A stretch of DNA of 24,000 nucleotides, taken from Methanobacteriaceae archaeon. GTDB lineage: Archaea > Methanobacteriota > Methanobacteria > Methanobacteriales > Methanobacteriaceae. Numbering within the stretch: position 1 is the first letter of the stretch; each line of letters begins with the position of its first letter. The notes below the pieces were generated by a model that saw nothing but the letters and a program-made list of their open reading frames with translations, was not told the DNA's origin and searched no databases. The position numbers were made by a program, and so were the translations under genes. The stretch is taken from positions 15,011-39,010 of the forward strand of contig JAHFBZ010000007.1 in the NCBI GenBank assembly GCA_023249725.1, read 5' to 3'. Below, piece by piece: positions 1 through 7,688 of this stretch.

Positions 1-857
1 GAACGGGATGGTGCACCGTAACAAATTGTTATAACCTCTGCATCTTCGCAGAATTCTTCTTGCACCCTGACAATGTCGTCTTTATTTTTTAATATTTTGT
101 CACAGAGCCGATTAACTAGTTTAGAATGGCCGGCTGGATTTGAAGCGTCAGGGTAACCTTTTTCATCGTGGGTGAGGCCGGTTATGTGAAGATTGTAACT
201 TTCTCCAAAGGGAGCCATTTTAGAGGTTCCATTTGCTTCTGCTTTGTAAGGTAAAAATTTAGTAGGATCTTCCTCGGGCATTTCCCGGGTTAATATATCA
301 ACCTTTTCAGGTATGGTTATTTTTTCCCTCATGTGGCCCACTATTTCGTCACTCAAGACGAATACTGGGACTCGATATTTTTCTGCTAAATTAAATGCTT
401 CCACAGTAAAATCAAAGCATTCCTGGACTGAAGAAGGCGATAAAGCAATTATTTCGTAGTCCCCATGAGAACCCCAACGGGCCTGCATCATATCACTCTG
501 GGAAGCCATGGTGGGCTGTCCTGTGGATGGTGAACCTCTCTGAACATTGATTATTACCAGTGGTGTTTCGGTCATGGTGGCATATCCTATATGCTCCTGT
601 AACAAGGAGAAACCCGGCCCAGAGGTAGCGGTCATTCCTTTAACTCCAGTCCATACTGCTCCAATAACTGCTCCCAGTGCGCCTATTTCGTCTTCCATCT
701 GAATGAATGCTCCACCTTCCTTGGGAAGTAACAATGCCATTTCCTCTGCTACTTCTGTTGAGGGAGTTATGGGGTATCCTCCAAAAAATTGGCAGCCGGC
801 TTTTATTGCTCCACGGGCACAGGCCTCATTTCCCTGAATGAAATATTGTTCACTCAT
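1..857 (-). CDS. korA: 2-oxoacid:ferredoxin oxidoreductase alpha subunit, 5' part only (continues past the left edge); best fit 2-oxoglutarate synthase KorA
   Basis: Absent from the ORF track because it has no stop in the window. My reverse-strand translation from ATG 857..855 reads MSEQYFIQGNEACARGAIKAGCQFFGGYPITPSTEVAEEMALLLPKEGGAFIQMEDEIGALGAVIGAVWTG...QRGSPSTGQPT... and stays open to position 1 (...EEFCEDAEVITICYGAPSR). This N-terminus is typical of KorA/OorA-type alpha subunits. The start overlaps the stop of the upstream delta-subunit gene (ATGAGTGA). Confidence 0.8.
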   Translation of the reverse strand, partial: MSEQYFIQGNEACARGAIKAGCQFFGGYPITPSTEVAEEMALLLPKEGGAFIQMEDEIGALGAVIGAVWTGVKGMTATSGPGFSLLQEHIGYATMTETPLVIINVQRGSPSTGQPTMASQSDMMQARWGSHGDYEIIALSPSSVQECFDFTVEAFNLAEKYRVPVFVLSDEIVGHMREKITIPEKVDILTREMPEEDPTKFLPYKAEANGTSKMAPFGESYNLHITGLTHDEKGYPDASNPAGHSKLVNRLCDKILKNKDDIVRVQEEFCEDAEVITICYGAPSR

Positions 858-1071
858 CTTCTTCATCCACCTTTATAGCTTGGTCTGGACACATCAATGC
901 ACATAAATTACATTGTGTACATTTGTCTTGGTTTTTAGGGACAGGAATGCGTATTCCTCGTTTGTCCGGCGTTTTAGAATTTTCATAAACGTTTTTTGGA
1001 CAGAACTCGGTGCATATGCTGCATCCCTTGCATAAGTTTGGGTCTAATTTAATCATACCAATCTTTCTCAT
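850..1071 (-). CDS. korD: 2-oxoacid:ferredoxin oxidoreductase delta subunit (2x[4Fe-4S] ferredoxin-type)
   Basis: 73 aa with two CxxCxxCxxxCP cluster motifs (CKGCSICTEFCP and CTQCNLCALMCP). It sits directly upstream of the alpha subunit and overlaps it, which is the usual position for the delta subunit of four-subunit archaeal enzymes. Confidence 0.8.
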   Translation of the reverse strand: MRKIGMIKLDPNLCKGCSICTEFCPKNVYENSKTPDKRGIRIPVPKNQDKCTQCNLCALMCPDQAIKVDEEDE

Positions 1072-1087
1072 TTTTTAAATTACTACA

Positions 1088-1177
1088 TTTAGATTAGATT
1101 TTTAAATTTAAATAACTTTAGATTAGATTTTTAAATTTAAATAACTTTAGATTAGATTTTTAAATTTAAATAACTTT
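1088..1177. repeat. Perfect tandem repeat, 29-bp unit (tttagattagatttttaaatttaaataac), about 3.1 copies
   Basis: Counted by hand: units at 1088-1116, 1117-1145 and 1146-1174 are identical, followed by a partial ttt. The array lies 17-106 nt upstream of the korD start (1071, minus strand). Read on the minus strand, each unit contains the TATA-like ATTTAAATTTAAAAA. Confidence 0.9.
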
Positions 1178-1381
1178 TTTAAAATAGGATTTTAATATCC
1201 TAAAAATCTATGAATTTCATAGTTAATGATATTCTATTGAGTATTATACTTAATAAAGTATATTTAAAAAAATTCTATTTATTTAAAACAGAAATTAAAT
1301 TAATTAAATATCTCCTGAAAATGATTAATTCTTTAAATAATAGTAATTCCCAATTTAATTAATTTGCTAACTAAATTATAT

Positions 1382-1771
1382 CTAATCAGTTATTTGCTCT
1401 ATATACATGAGGGGATATTTTAGATCTTCTTGATATTGCATTCTGACCTGTGCTAGAATCCCTTTAAATTCAGATATTATTGTCACATTTAGCATGTCTC
1501 CACTGAGTGAAACATAATCAAACGAGCTGTTCAGTTCTTCTAATTTTTCTTTATTTATTTTGACTATGACTCTATTTATGCAGGGTTGCAATTCAAGAGA
1601 TTTTTCCATGGACTTTTCCAGTGTTTCAGCATTTTTAATACTCACTGGAGTTCCTATAAACTGATGAAAAAGTGCACCCATGCTTATACCGCCTTCAAAT
1701 ATGGCCCGTTCGCGGTGTGAAATATTGCTAAAGTATTTTGTATCGACATCAATGGCTTTTGGGGGTTCCAT
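1382..1771 (-). CDS. Small conserved archaeal protein, possibly dihydroneopterin aldolase MptD family (methanopterin pathway)
   Basis: The block HRERAIFEGGISMGALFHQFIGTPVS matches my memory of the MptD / COG2098 family. This is recall only. The track starts the ORF at GTG 1780, but GAGGTGA (about 1777-1783, minus strand) sits 5 nt upstream of ATG 1771, so I prefer the start MEPPK.... Confidence 0.4.
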   Translation of the reverse strand: MEPPKAIDVDTKYFSNISHRERAIFEGGISMGALFHQFIGTPVSIKNAETLEKSMEKSLELQPCINRVIVKINKEKLEELNSSFDYVSLSGDMLNVTIISEFKGILAQVRMQYQEDLKYPLMYIEQITD

Positions 1772-1887
1772 TATGTTCACCTCTCAATTGTTTACATTTT
1801 AAATATTAAATAATAAATTAAATATTGGGTTTAAAGTATTGAAAATTTATTATATCTAATTTAATTGAGTTTATTGAGGTTAATTCA

Positions 1888-2622
1888 TTAAATTCCAAAA
1901 ATATTATTTATGCTTGTTATTTGGGATGAAATAAATTCTGCTGGAATTGGAAATATGTATCCTAATGTTAAAAATAGCGTTAAACCTATGGTTACCAATA
2001 ATAGAATTATTTTGTCATCTTCTACTGGATAAAAATAGGTTATTGTCAATCCAGCTAATAAAAATCCTAGGATTATTAGTAGACCATAGTAACTTTTAGG
2101 ATTATCTTGAGTGCTAGTTTTTTGGAATGGTGATATTTTTTTTAAATCAGTTTCTATAATTAACCGTTGTTTATCTGATCCTATTGGGGTGCAAGTTATT
2201 AAAAATAATTTTTGACCCTGTTCTACTGAAATTCGATAAGATGCCGACACCACAAAAGATCGATTCACAATATATTCAACATTTCCTATTCCGGGCCAGT
2301 CTAAAAATACGCTGCTTCCATTTTTTAATTTATCTAAACTGTAAAAAGGGGAGCCATAAAGTGTTCTATGGCCAAATATAATTACTGTACCGTCCCCTGG
2401 GTCAGATGATCCTGGTTCGTGGTAAACACCATAAGATACGGATTTATTGTTTATGTTTTGTTGGATATCAATTGATGGCATAGAAACCATGGGAACATTA
2501 GTTAGATTATTTTCAACCTCAATTTGAGATGCATAATAACTCACATCAATTAAACAATAAAGCGAGATTATAAACATTCCTGCTATGATAAAAATAGTTG
2601 ATAGTTTCATTTTACATCCCAA
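1888..2622 (-). CDS. Sortase-family cysteine transpeptidase, membrane anchored (one N-terminal and two C-terminal hydrophobic helices)
   Basis: Collinear with sortase landmarks: catalytic His in VIIFGHRTL, Cys in KLFLITCTP, Arg in KQRLIIETD. The intervening LDKLKNGSSVFL ... EYIV blocks parallel S. aureus SrtA (IAGHTF ... LKAAKKGSMVYF ... LTLITC ... RKIFVA). TM segments: IFIIAGMFIISLYCLI, YYGLLIILGFLLAGLTITYF and IILLLVTIGLTLFLTLGYIF. Confidence 0.75.
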   Translation of the reverse strand: MGCKMKLSTIFIIAGMFIISLYCLIDVSYYASQIEVENNLTNVPMVSMPSIDIQQNINNKSVSYGVYHEPGSSDPGDGTVIIFGHRTLYGSPFYSLDKLKNGSSVFLDWPGIGNVEYIVNRSFVVSASYRISVEQGQKLFLITCTPIGSDKQRLIIETDLKKISPFQKTSTQDNPKSYYGLLIILGFLLAGLTITYFYPVEDDKIILLLVTIGLTLFLTLGYIFPIPAEFISSQITSINNIFGI

Positions 2623-2754
2623 TTTTTAACAAAATTTTTATTATCTTCTTTTTAGTCTTTCTATTATAAAAATTTAACAAATCAGAATAGCATTTTGTAA
2701 TTTCAATTTAAATATGAAATAAATAAAATAGAGGTAAAATATCTGAAATTATTA

Positions 2755-2848
2755 TTTTGGATAATTAAATTAGATTCTTAAAAAATTATAAAATAAAAAA
2801 TTTTTGGATAATTAAATTAGATTCTTAAAAAATTATAAAATAAAAAAT
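2755..2848. repeat. Perfect tandem duplication, 47-bp unit (ttttggataattaaattagattcttaaaaaattataaaataaaaaat)
   Basis: Hand-aligned: 2755-2801 and 2802-2848 are identical. It lies between the stop of the anchored-protein gene (2895) and the start of the sortase gene (2622), both on the minus strand. Confidence 0.9.
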
Positions 2849-2894
2849 AAAAAAAATTAATTAAAAAGCAAATAAAATAATTATTTGCTCTAGC

Positions 2895-3824
2895 TTATCT
2901 CATAAATTTAGCGTATGCAACTCCAGCCACTGTAACTAAAGTTCCAACTACAAATAATCCGTATGGGACACCAGTTGTTTTACTTGGTACTGTGGAATCA
3001 CCACTGCCACTGGTAGTAATTGATGCTGATGAAGCTTTTGCGGTTGAAGAACTACTACTAGTTTTAGGCCATAAGTAAGTATATTCTAAGTTTGTATATT
3101 TGTCTGGATTCAGTACAACATTCCATGCAGCAATGCTACTGCTTACAACAGTTCCAGTATCAATAAATGCTTTAGCCACTGATGAACTACTCATAGATGT
3201 TACTTTTGATTTAATAGGTGCTATTGGTGCTCTCACAATTCCATAAACTTTCTGATCATCCACATTGGTTACCCTGAATGTGAAATGCCCCTTCCATTTT
3301 TTAATGTCCAGAGTTGGATTTAACACTCCAAGTTCATCTGGATAAAACCATGTTCCTATTAGGCCGGGTTCATTTACTAGTGGCCAGTAAGTTTGATCTG
3401 TCGAATCTACATTTTTGAAATAACTTCCAGTCCCACCAAATGCACCTGCAGCATTAAGTTTGAAAGTAACTGTTTTTGTTTCCCCTGCATTTATTGGCCA
3501 ACCATAATCTCCATCGGATTGTATGGATTTCACCATCCTAACCGGTGTTGGACTTGTATGATCCCAGTCTATTGTCCAATTAACACTATCAGCTAAATTT
3601 TCGGGTTTGTAAGCCTGACTTATTTTAAAATATTGAACATGATCATTAGTATTTTTAATGGTTACTGTTATTGTTGCAGTTAAATGAGATATTCTAAACG
3701 CTGTAGCATTCGCATCTTCACTAACCCATGTTTCTGCGGAAGATGTTCCAAATGAAATTATTCCTGAAAAAGCAAAAATTGATATTATTAACATTATGCA
3801 GATTTTATTGATATTCATTTTCAT
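2895..3824 (-). CDS. Secreted cell-surface protein: signal peptide, Ser/Thr-rich stalk and C-terminal motif/TM/basic-tail anchor
   Basis: N-terminus MKMNINKICIMLIISIFAFSGIISFGTSSA/ETW looks like a signal peptide. The C-terminus is ...SSSSSTAKASSASITTSGSGDSTVPSKTTGVPYGLFVVGTLVTVAGVAYAKFMR. I recognise no catalytic motif. GGGGT just upstream favours the second ATG (3818) as the start, but either is possible. Confidence 0.6.
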   Translation of the reverse strand: MKMNINKICIMLIISIFAFSGIISFGTSSAETWVSEDANATAFRISHLTATITVTIKNTNDHVQYFKISQAYKPENLADSVNWTIDWDHTSPTPVRMVKSIQSDGDYGWPINAGETKTVTFKLNAAGAFGGTGSYFKNVDSTDQTYWPLVNEPGLIGTWFYPDELGVLNPTLDIKKWKGHFTFRVTNVDDQKVYGIVRAPIAPIKSKVTSMSSSSVAKAFIDTGTVVSSSIAAWNVVLNPDKYTNLEYTYLWPKTSSSSSTAKASSASITTSGSGDSTVPSKTTGVPYGLFVVGTLVTVAGVAYAKFMR

Positions 3825-3926
3825 GACCCCTTAGTTAATACTCTTTTAGTAATAATAATATAATTTATTAAAAATAAAAAAGTTTTGGTTGAATTTGCCT
3901 TATGAATTCAGCCAAATTTCCACTTA

Positions 3927-5342
3927 TTAACCATATATGCTTATTAGCTCCTTTGTCATCCAGTTAGGTGCTTGCTGTGTTGGAAGTGTCAGAATCAAAC
4001 TTTCTGAACTTTGGATCAACAAAGATACGTCTTCTCTTGGAACTTCTAAAAGAACGAGATATGTAGTATCTAAATCTCCTAAATTGGATGAACGTTCATA
4101 GTCTGAGAGCTTAATTCCATAATTTTGCAGTAATGCTGATGTTTGTGCTTGATTAAATCCACCGGCAGCTGCTGCTCTGAGTAATTGTTCTACATCCGTG
4201 GTTGATGTTTGTTGATTTGAACTAGTTGAACTAATATCGTTCATAGTCAATGTTTGACTATTTAACAGGCTAGCATCAATAGTACCGCTGTCTTTTGCTC
4301 TTAAAATTGCTAAGACTGTTGCCCCACTTATCTTAGGAGTATCTGAACTGGTAGTTGTTGTTGCTGGAGTTGTGTTTGTACTATTATTTGCTGCTGCAGG
4401 TGCAGCTTCAGCAGCTGTTTTCACATAAACATCAACCATATTTCCAACACTAATCAAACCACCTGCTGCTTGCAGTCTTGAAATCATTATTGGAACTGCA
4501 ACAGTATCCGGTGTTTTAATTTCCATATTTGCCAGCACAGTAGCATCTGCCTGATTAACAAATGTTTGGGCATCGGCTACTTTCATTATAACATCTTTTT
4601 GAGATTCAGGTGTGACGGTTTGATTTGTAGTAGTCACCGATTGACTAGCATCAGTAGAATAAACGACCATAACTCTTCCAAAAGGATCTTTTTTAGTCTT
4701 TATCTGCTGCGTTTGATAGGCTCTCCATGACTTAGTAGCTGGGCCAAGCACATCAACGGCTAAAACTTCTTCGGCAGTAGTTCCAGCATTAATCTGATTC
4801 AAAAGATTTGTTTTCTGGGGATCAGTAGCTAAAGGACCTTTGAAATAAGCATCAACTTCACCTAGTTTGACATCTTTAGCACCTTGCAGTGTTTGTTGAT
4901 ATGGTGAATAAACTAAGAAATAATAAAGCGAAGCTATTAAAACAATTAAAATGACTGCAAAAACAACAGCACCTATCAAAGTTTTTTGATCGTCATCGGG
5001 TATTCGACGTCCAAAACCACTTGTACTAAGTCCCGCGGCACCACCAGATCTTTTAGGTGGCCTTTTAGGATCTCCTTTAACCTTTAGCTTAGGAGCATTA
5101 GGTTTATTTACCGGCTTTGGTTTTATTTTGGGCTTGGGCATAGGGCGGGGCATTTTCTTGGGGCCTCCGCTAGGTGCTGCCGCTCCCTTTTTCTCACCAT
5201 TTTTTCCAGACATTTTACCGACCAGATCTTTTATTTTGCCTCCCACGTCAGCCGACTCTGTTTCGTCGGGCTTCCTCAGATCTGGAGGTGTATCCTTACT
5301 ATTTTTTTTGTTACCTTTCAACTTATCTAACATGTGGACCAC
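3927..5342 (-). CDS. Bitopic membrane protein: Lys/Pro-rich N-terminal (cytoplasmic) region, one TM helix, large external domain with possible CpaB/RcpC-like blocks
   Basis: N-terminal region ...PKKMPRPMPKPKIKPKPVNKPNAPKLKVKGDPKRPPKR.... TM helix LIGAVVFAVILIVLIASLYYFLVY. External linker rich in Ala/Thr/Ser. The start is GTG 5342 or ATG 5333; both lie inside the 3' end of pssA. The family assignment is tentative. Confidence 0.55.
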   Translation of the reverse strand: MVHMLDKLKGNKKNSKDTPPDLRKPDETESADVGGKIKDLVGKMSGKNGEKKGAAAPSGGPKKMPRPMPKPKIKPKPVNKPNAPKLKVKGDPKRPPKRSGGAAGLSTSGFGRRIPDDDQKTLIGAVVFAVILIVLIASLYYFLVYSPYQQTLQGAKDVKLGEVDAYFKGPLATDPQKTNLLNQINAGTTAEEVLAVDVLGPATKSWRAYQTQQIKTKKDPFGRVMVVYSTDASQSVTTTNQTVTPESQKDVIMKVADAQTFVNQADATVLANMEIKTPDTVAVPIMISRLQAAGGLISVGNMVDVYVKTAAEAAPAAANNSTNTTPATTTTSSDTPKISGATVLAILRAKDSGTIDASLLNSQTLTMNDISSTSSNQQTSTTDVEQLLRAAAAGGFNQAQTSALLQNYGIKLSDYERSSNLGDLDTTYLVLLEVPREDVSLLIQSSESLILTLPTQQAPNWMTKELISIYG

Positions 5343-6051
5343 TTTTTAGATTTGTGAATAAGGCCATAAATGGCATAAATATGATGTAAATCAAACTTAA
5401 GATGAATAACGCCTTCGCGGGGATATTCATAAGATAAATTTGAATGTTTTGAGGTATGCAAACAGACAGTATTAGAATCAAGATTATTCCTGCGATTTTT
5501 ACACTTATTGGCTTAAAATATTCAATGGTACTTATCATTAATAAAGATGATAATGTCATGATTATTAGAGCAACATCAGTTGTAAAAAGGCCGCTGAGAT
5601 AAAATGATGACAACAATAATGCAGTTGCTGGTATGGGAAGTCCCACAAATTTATCTCTGGTGTTTCCAATATTTGAAATCACGTTGAACCTAGAGAGCCT
5701 CAAAATACCACATATAACTATTAAGAGACTTACTATTATATTAATGTATCGTATATCCGGGGTTAAAGTGGCCGAATACAAAAATATTCCCGGCGCAACA
5801 CCAAAGGATATTACATCACATAATGAATCAATATTTTTTCCAAATCCACACTCATCATCTCTATTTGTTTTTCGTGCTACCCAACCATCAAGGGAATCGA
5901 AAATTACTGCAAGTAGTATAAATTGTGCAGCAATTACTAATTCACCATTCATGGCGATAATTATTGATAAAAAACCAAAAGAGGCATTCGTGATGGAGAA
6001 AAGATCTGGAAGAGATACATAATCTTTCATTCGAGTAGTATCTAAACTCAT
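5323..6051 (-). CDS. pssA: CDP-alcohol phosphatidyltransferase; archaetidylserine synthase
   Basis: Signature DSLDGWVARKTNRDDECGFGKNIDSLCDVISFG (DG..AR...G...D...D) in a polytopic 242-aa membrane protein. It lies on the same strand as a PS-decarboxylase-family gene, 217 bp from it. This enzyme type has been characterised in Methanothermobacter. Confidence 0.8.
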   Translation of the reverse strand: MSLDTTRMKDYVSLPDLFSITNASFGFLSIIIAMNGELVIAAQFILLAVIFDSLDGWVARKTNRDDECGFGKNIDSLCDVISFGVAPGIFLYSATLTPDIRYINIIVSLLIVICGILRLSRFNVISNIGNTRDKFVGLPIPATALLLSSFYLSGLFTTDVALIIMTLSSLLMISTIEYFKPISVKIAGIILILILSVCIPQNIQIYLMNIPAKALFILSLIYIIFMPFMALFTNLKSGPHVR

Positions 6052-6268
6052 TTTTCTTGCCTCATCTTTTTATTATAATATTATATTTATTTTAATAATT
6101 ATTTAGTTAGTGTTCACCAATTTAAAAAATTCTCACTATTTTAACCATATTTTGATTAATATCGGATATAATTCCACCTATATTTTATTACTAATTGATT
6201 TATGCAGTAAAAAAGATTTATAGAATTAATATTTAACTTAATTTAATCAAAAATATGATTTAATAATA

Positions 6269-6937
6269 TTAATCTGTTTTTATGAATCGACCCATAATTG
6301 TTTCAGCGGCTTTTGGCCGATCACCGACTTTAACCATAACTTCAAAGTTTTTCTCAGGAACAATTAAATCTACACGAGATCCAAACTTTATCATTCCTAT
6401 TTTGCTCCCTATTTCCACATAATCTCCTATATTAACATATTGCACAATTCTCCTAGCTACAAATCCTGCAATTTGAATAACACCAACCTTACCATACTCC
6501 GTTTCTATTACAATTAAATTTTTTTCATTTTCAGTAAGAACACTTTTTCTAGCTATCTTAAATTTTCCCGGACAATACTTAGAATTAATTACTCTACCCG
6601 AAATAGGAACTCTGTTCACATGAACATCAAATGGGGACATGAACGTACTAATAAGAATTCCTTTTTCGTTTTTTTCAAGTAATAGATCCATAAGTGGGTC
6701 GTCATATACTAAATTGTCAATACGGTCTATTTTTCCAGTTAAAATTTTCCCATCGGCAGGTGCGACAATAATGTCTTTACCATGAGGGGTTTTTCTTTTA
6801 GGGTCTCTGAAAAATTGCATGAAAAATGCGATTATGGAGAACAGAAAGAAGGTGATTAAAAAATAACCAAGTAAAAATGGTAAAACTGAAATTGTAAGGA
6901 AAATACTTGCCTTTTTTAGAGTTCCTTCAACGAACAT
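6269..6937 (-). CDS. psd: Phosphatidyl(archaetidyl)serine decarboxylase proenzyme, short type
   Basis: N-terminal TM segment, then FMSPFDVHVNRVPISGRV and a C-terminal MIKFGSRVDL block (Gly-Ser self-cleavage / pyruvoyl site) typical of short PSD proenzymes. GGTGAT Shine-Dalgarno lies 5 nt before the ATG. Confidence 0.8.
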   Translation of the reverse strand: MFVEGTLKKASIFLTISVLPFLLGYFLITFFLFSIIAFFMQFFRDPKRKTPHGKDIIVAPADGKILTGKIDRIDNLVYDDPLMDLLLEKNEKGILISTFMSPFDVHVNRVPISGRVINSKYCPGKFKIARKSVLTENEKNLIVIETEYGKVGVIQIAGFVARRIVQYVNIGDYVEIGSKIGMIKFGSRVDLIVPEKNFEVMVKVGDRPKAAETIMGRFIKTD

Positions 6938-7010
6938 TATTTATCACCAGAAAATTGTGCGGACGTATTATGATAATCAGCACTAAATAAAAGTCATATA
7001 ATTAAACTAA

Positions 7011-7039
7011 TTTGTTTAAACAAATATTAAACAAATATT
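7011..7039. repeat. 14-bp perfect palindrome (tttgtttaaacaaa, 7011-7024) overlapping an 11-bp x2 direct repeat (aaacaaatatt, 7018-7039)
   Basis: Checked by hand. It lies about 75-100 nt upstream of the psd start (6937, minus strand). An operator role is possible, but the sequence is all-AT. Confidence 0.6.
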
Positions 7040-7118
7040 TATTAAATTATTTAATAAGATTATTATTTAGGGTCATATCTAATTACAAGTTTTTTTATTT
7101 GTTGTGTATCAATGAAAT

Positions 7119-7162
7119 TAATTATGGATTATTAATTATATAATTATGGATTATTAATTATA
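7119..7162. repeat. Perfect tandem duplication, 22-bp unit (taattatggattattaattata)
   Basis: 7119-7140 and 7141-7162 are identical by hand alignment. It sits inside the 930-bp psd / 212-aa-gene divergent intergenic region. Confidence 0.9.
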
Positions 7163-7496
7163 AATAATAAAATAATTAAATTCGCAAAGATTATCTTAAA
7201 TCTAATGAATAATGTTACTTATATCTTAAATATTATTTTTACATCTTTTAGTTAAGCAAATTATTGAGAATATGCTATTTTTAAGATGATTTGAATAAAA
7301 AATTGTATTCATATCCTAGTTTCACTAAAATCACATTTCTATCAGTAATCGGCCAAATATTTTATCATATCAAATTATATATAATTATATGTTAAATATT
7401 AATTTAGCATAGATAAAAATTATTTTTTGCCGAATATGTTATCTATTAAATAAGAAATATGGATACATTTGGGAATAAATATAAATAATTAGATTT

Positions 7497-7606
7497 ATTT
7501 AAATGAATTAAATATTAGATTGGATTTAATTATTATTTAAATGAATTAAATATTAGATTGGATTTAATTATTATTTAAATGAATTAAATATTAGATTGGA
7601 TTTAAT
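7497..7606. repeat. Tandem repeat, 38-bp unit (atttaaatgaattaaatattagattggatttaattatt), 2.9 copies
   Basis: 7497-7534 and 7535-7572 are identical. The third copy is identical for 34 nt (7573-7606) and then diverges. A degenerate partial copy (ataaataattagattt) precedes the array at 7481-7496. Confidence 0.9.
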
Positions 7607-7640
7607 ATATTAAGTTGCTATGATTTGAATGGTTTGATTG

Positions 7641-7688
7641 AATTAAATTGAATTAAATTGAATTTAATACTTAAAATTTAATACTTAA
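7641..7688. repeat. Two adjacent short tandem repeats: aattaaattg x2 (7641-7660) and aatttaatacttaa x2 (7661-7688)
   Basis: Hand-aligned perfect copies, about 180-225 nt upstream of the 212-aa gene start. Confidence 0.8.

Noticed and set aside
1210-1362. About 50-codon plus-strand ORF (MNFIVNDILLSIILNKVYLKKF...) in the korD / MptD-like spacer
   Set aside because: It has no Shine-Dalgarno, and its composition simply mirrors A/T-rich DNA (Asn/Lys/Ile/Leu/Phe). A few ORFs of this length are expected by chance in this much spacer.
1772-1780. The ORF-track N-terminal extensions: GTG 1780 for the MptD-like gene and TTG 18789 for the Cys-rich gene
   Set aside because: In both cases a strong Shine-Dalgarno (GAGGTGA; GGAGGA) sits 5-7 nt before an internal ATG (1771; 18804) and overlaps or directly abuts the upstream alternative start. 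The ATG starts are preferred.
2970-2990. A canonical LPXTG sortase motif in the 309-aa protein
   Set aside because: The sequence is VPSKTTG, which has two extra residues between Pro and Thr-Gly and no Leu. I therefore do not call it an LPXTG protein. PYGLF just after it also only loosely resembles the PGF-CTERM archaeosortase signal, and no archaeosortase gene is present.
3060-3080. LWPKT in the 309-aa protein as a Gram-positive pilin motif (YPKN) that would imply sortase-built pili
   Set aside because: It is a four-residue resemblance, it lies at the start of the Ser-rich stalk rather than in an N-terminal domain, and no second pilin or pilus-specific context is visible. The evidence is too weak.
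1088-7688. Possible CRISPR arrays, given the several perfect direct repeats of 14-47 bp in intergenic DNA
   Set aside because: The repeat units abut each other with no unique spacers, have only 2-3 copies, are almost pure A/T, and have no cas genes nearby. They are tandem minisatellites, not CRISPR.
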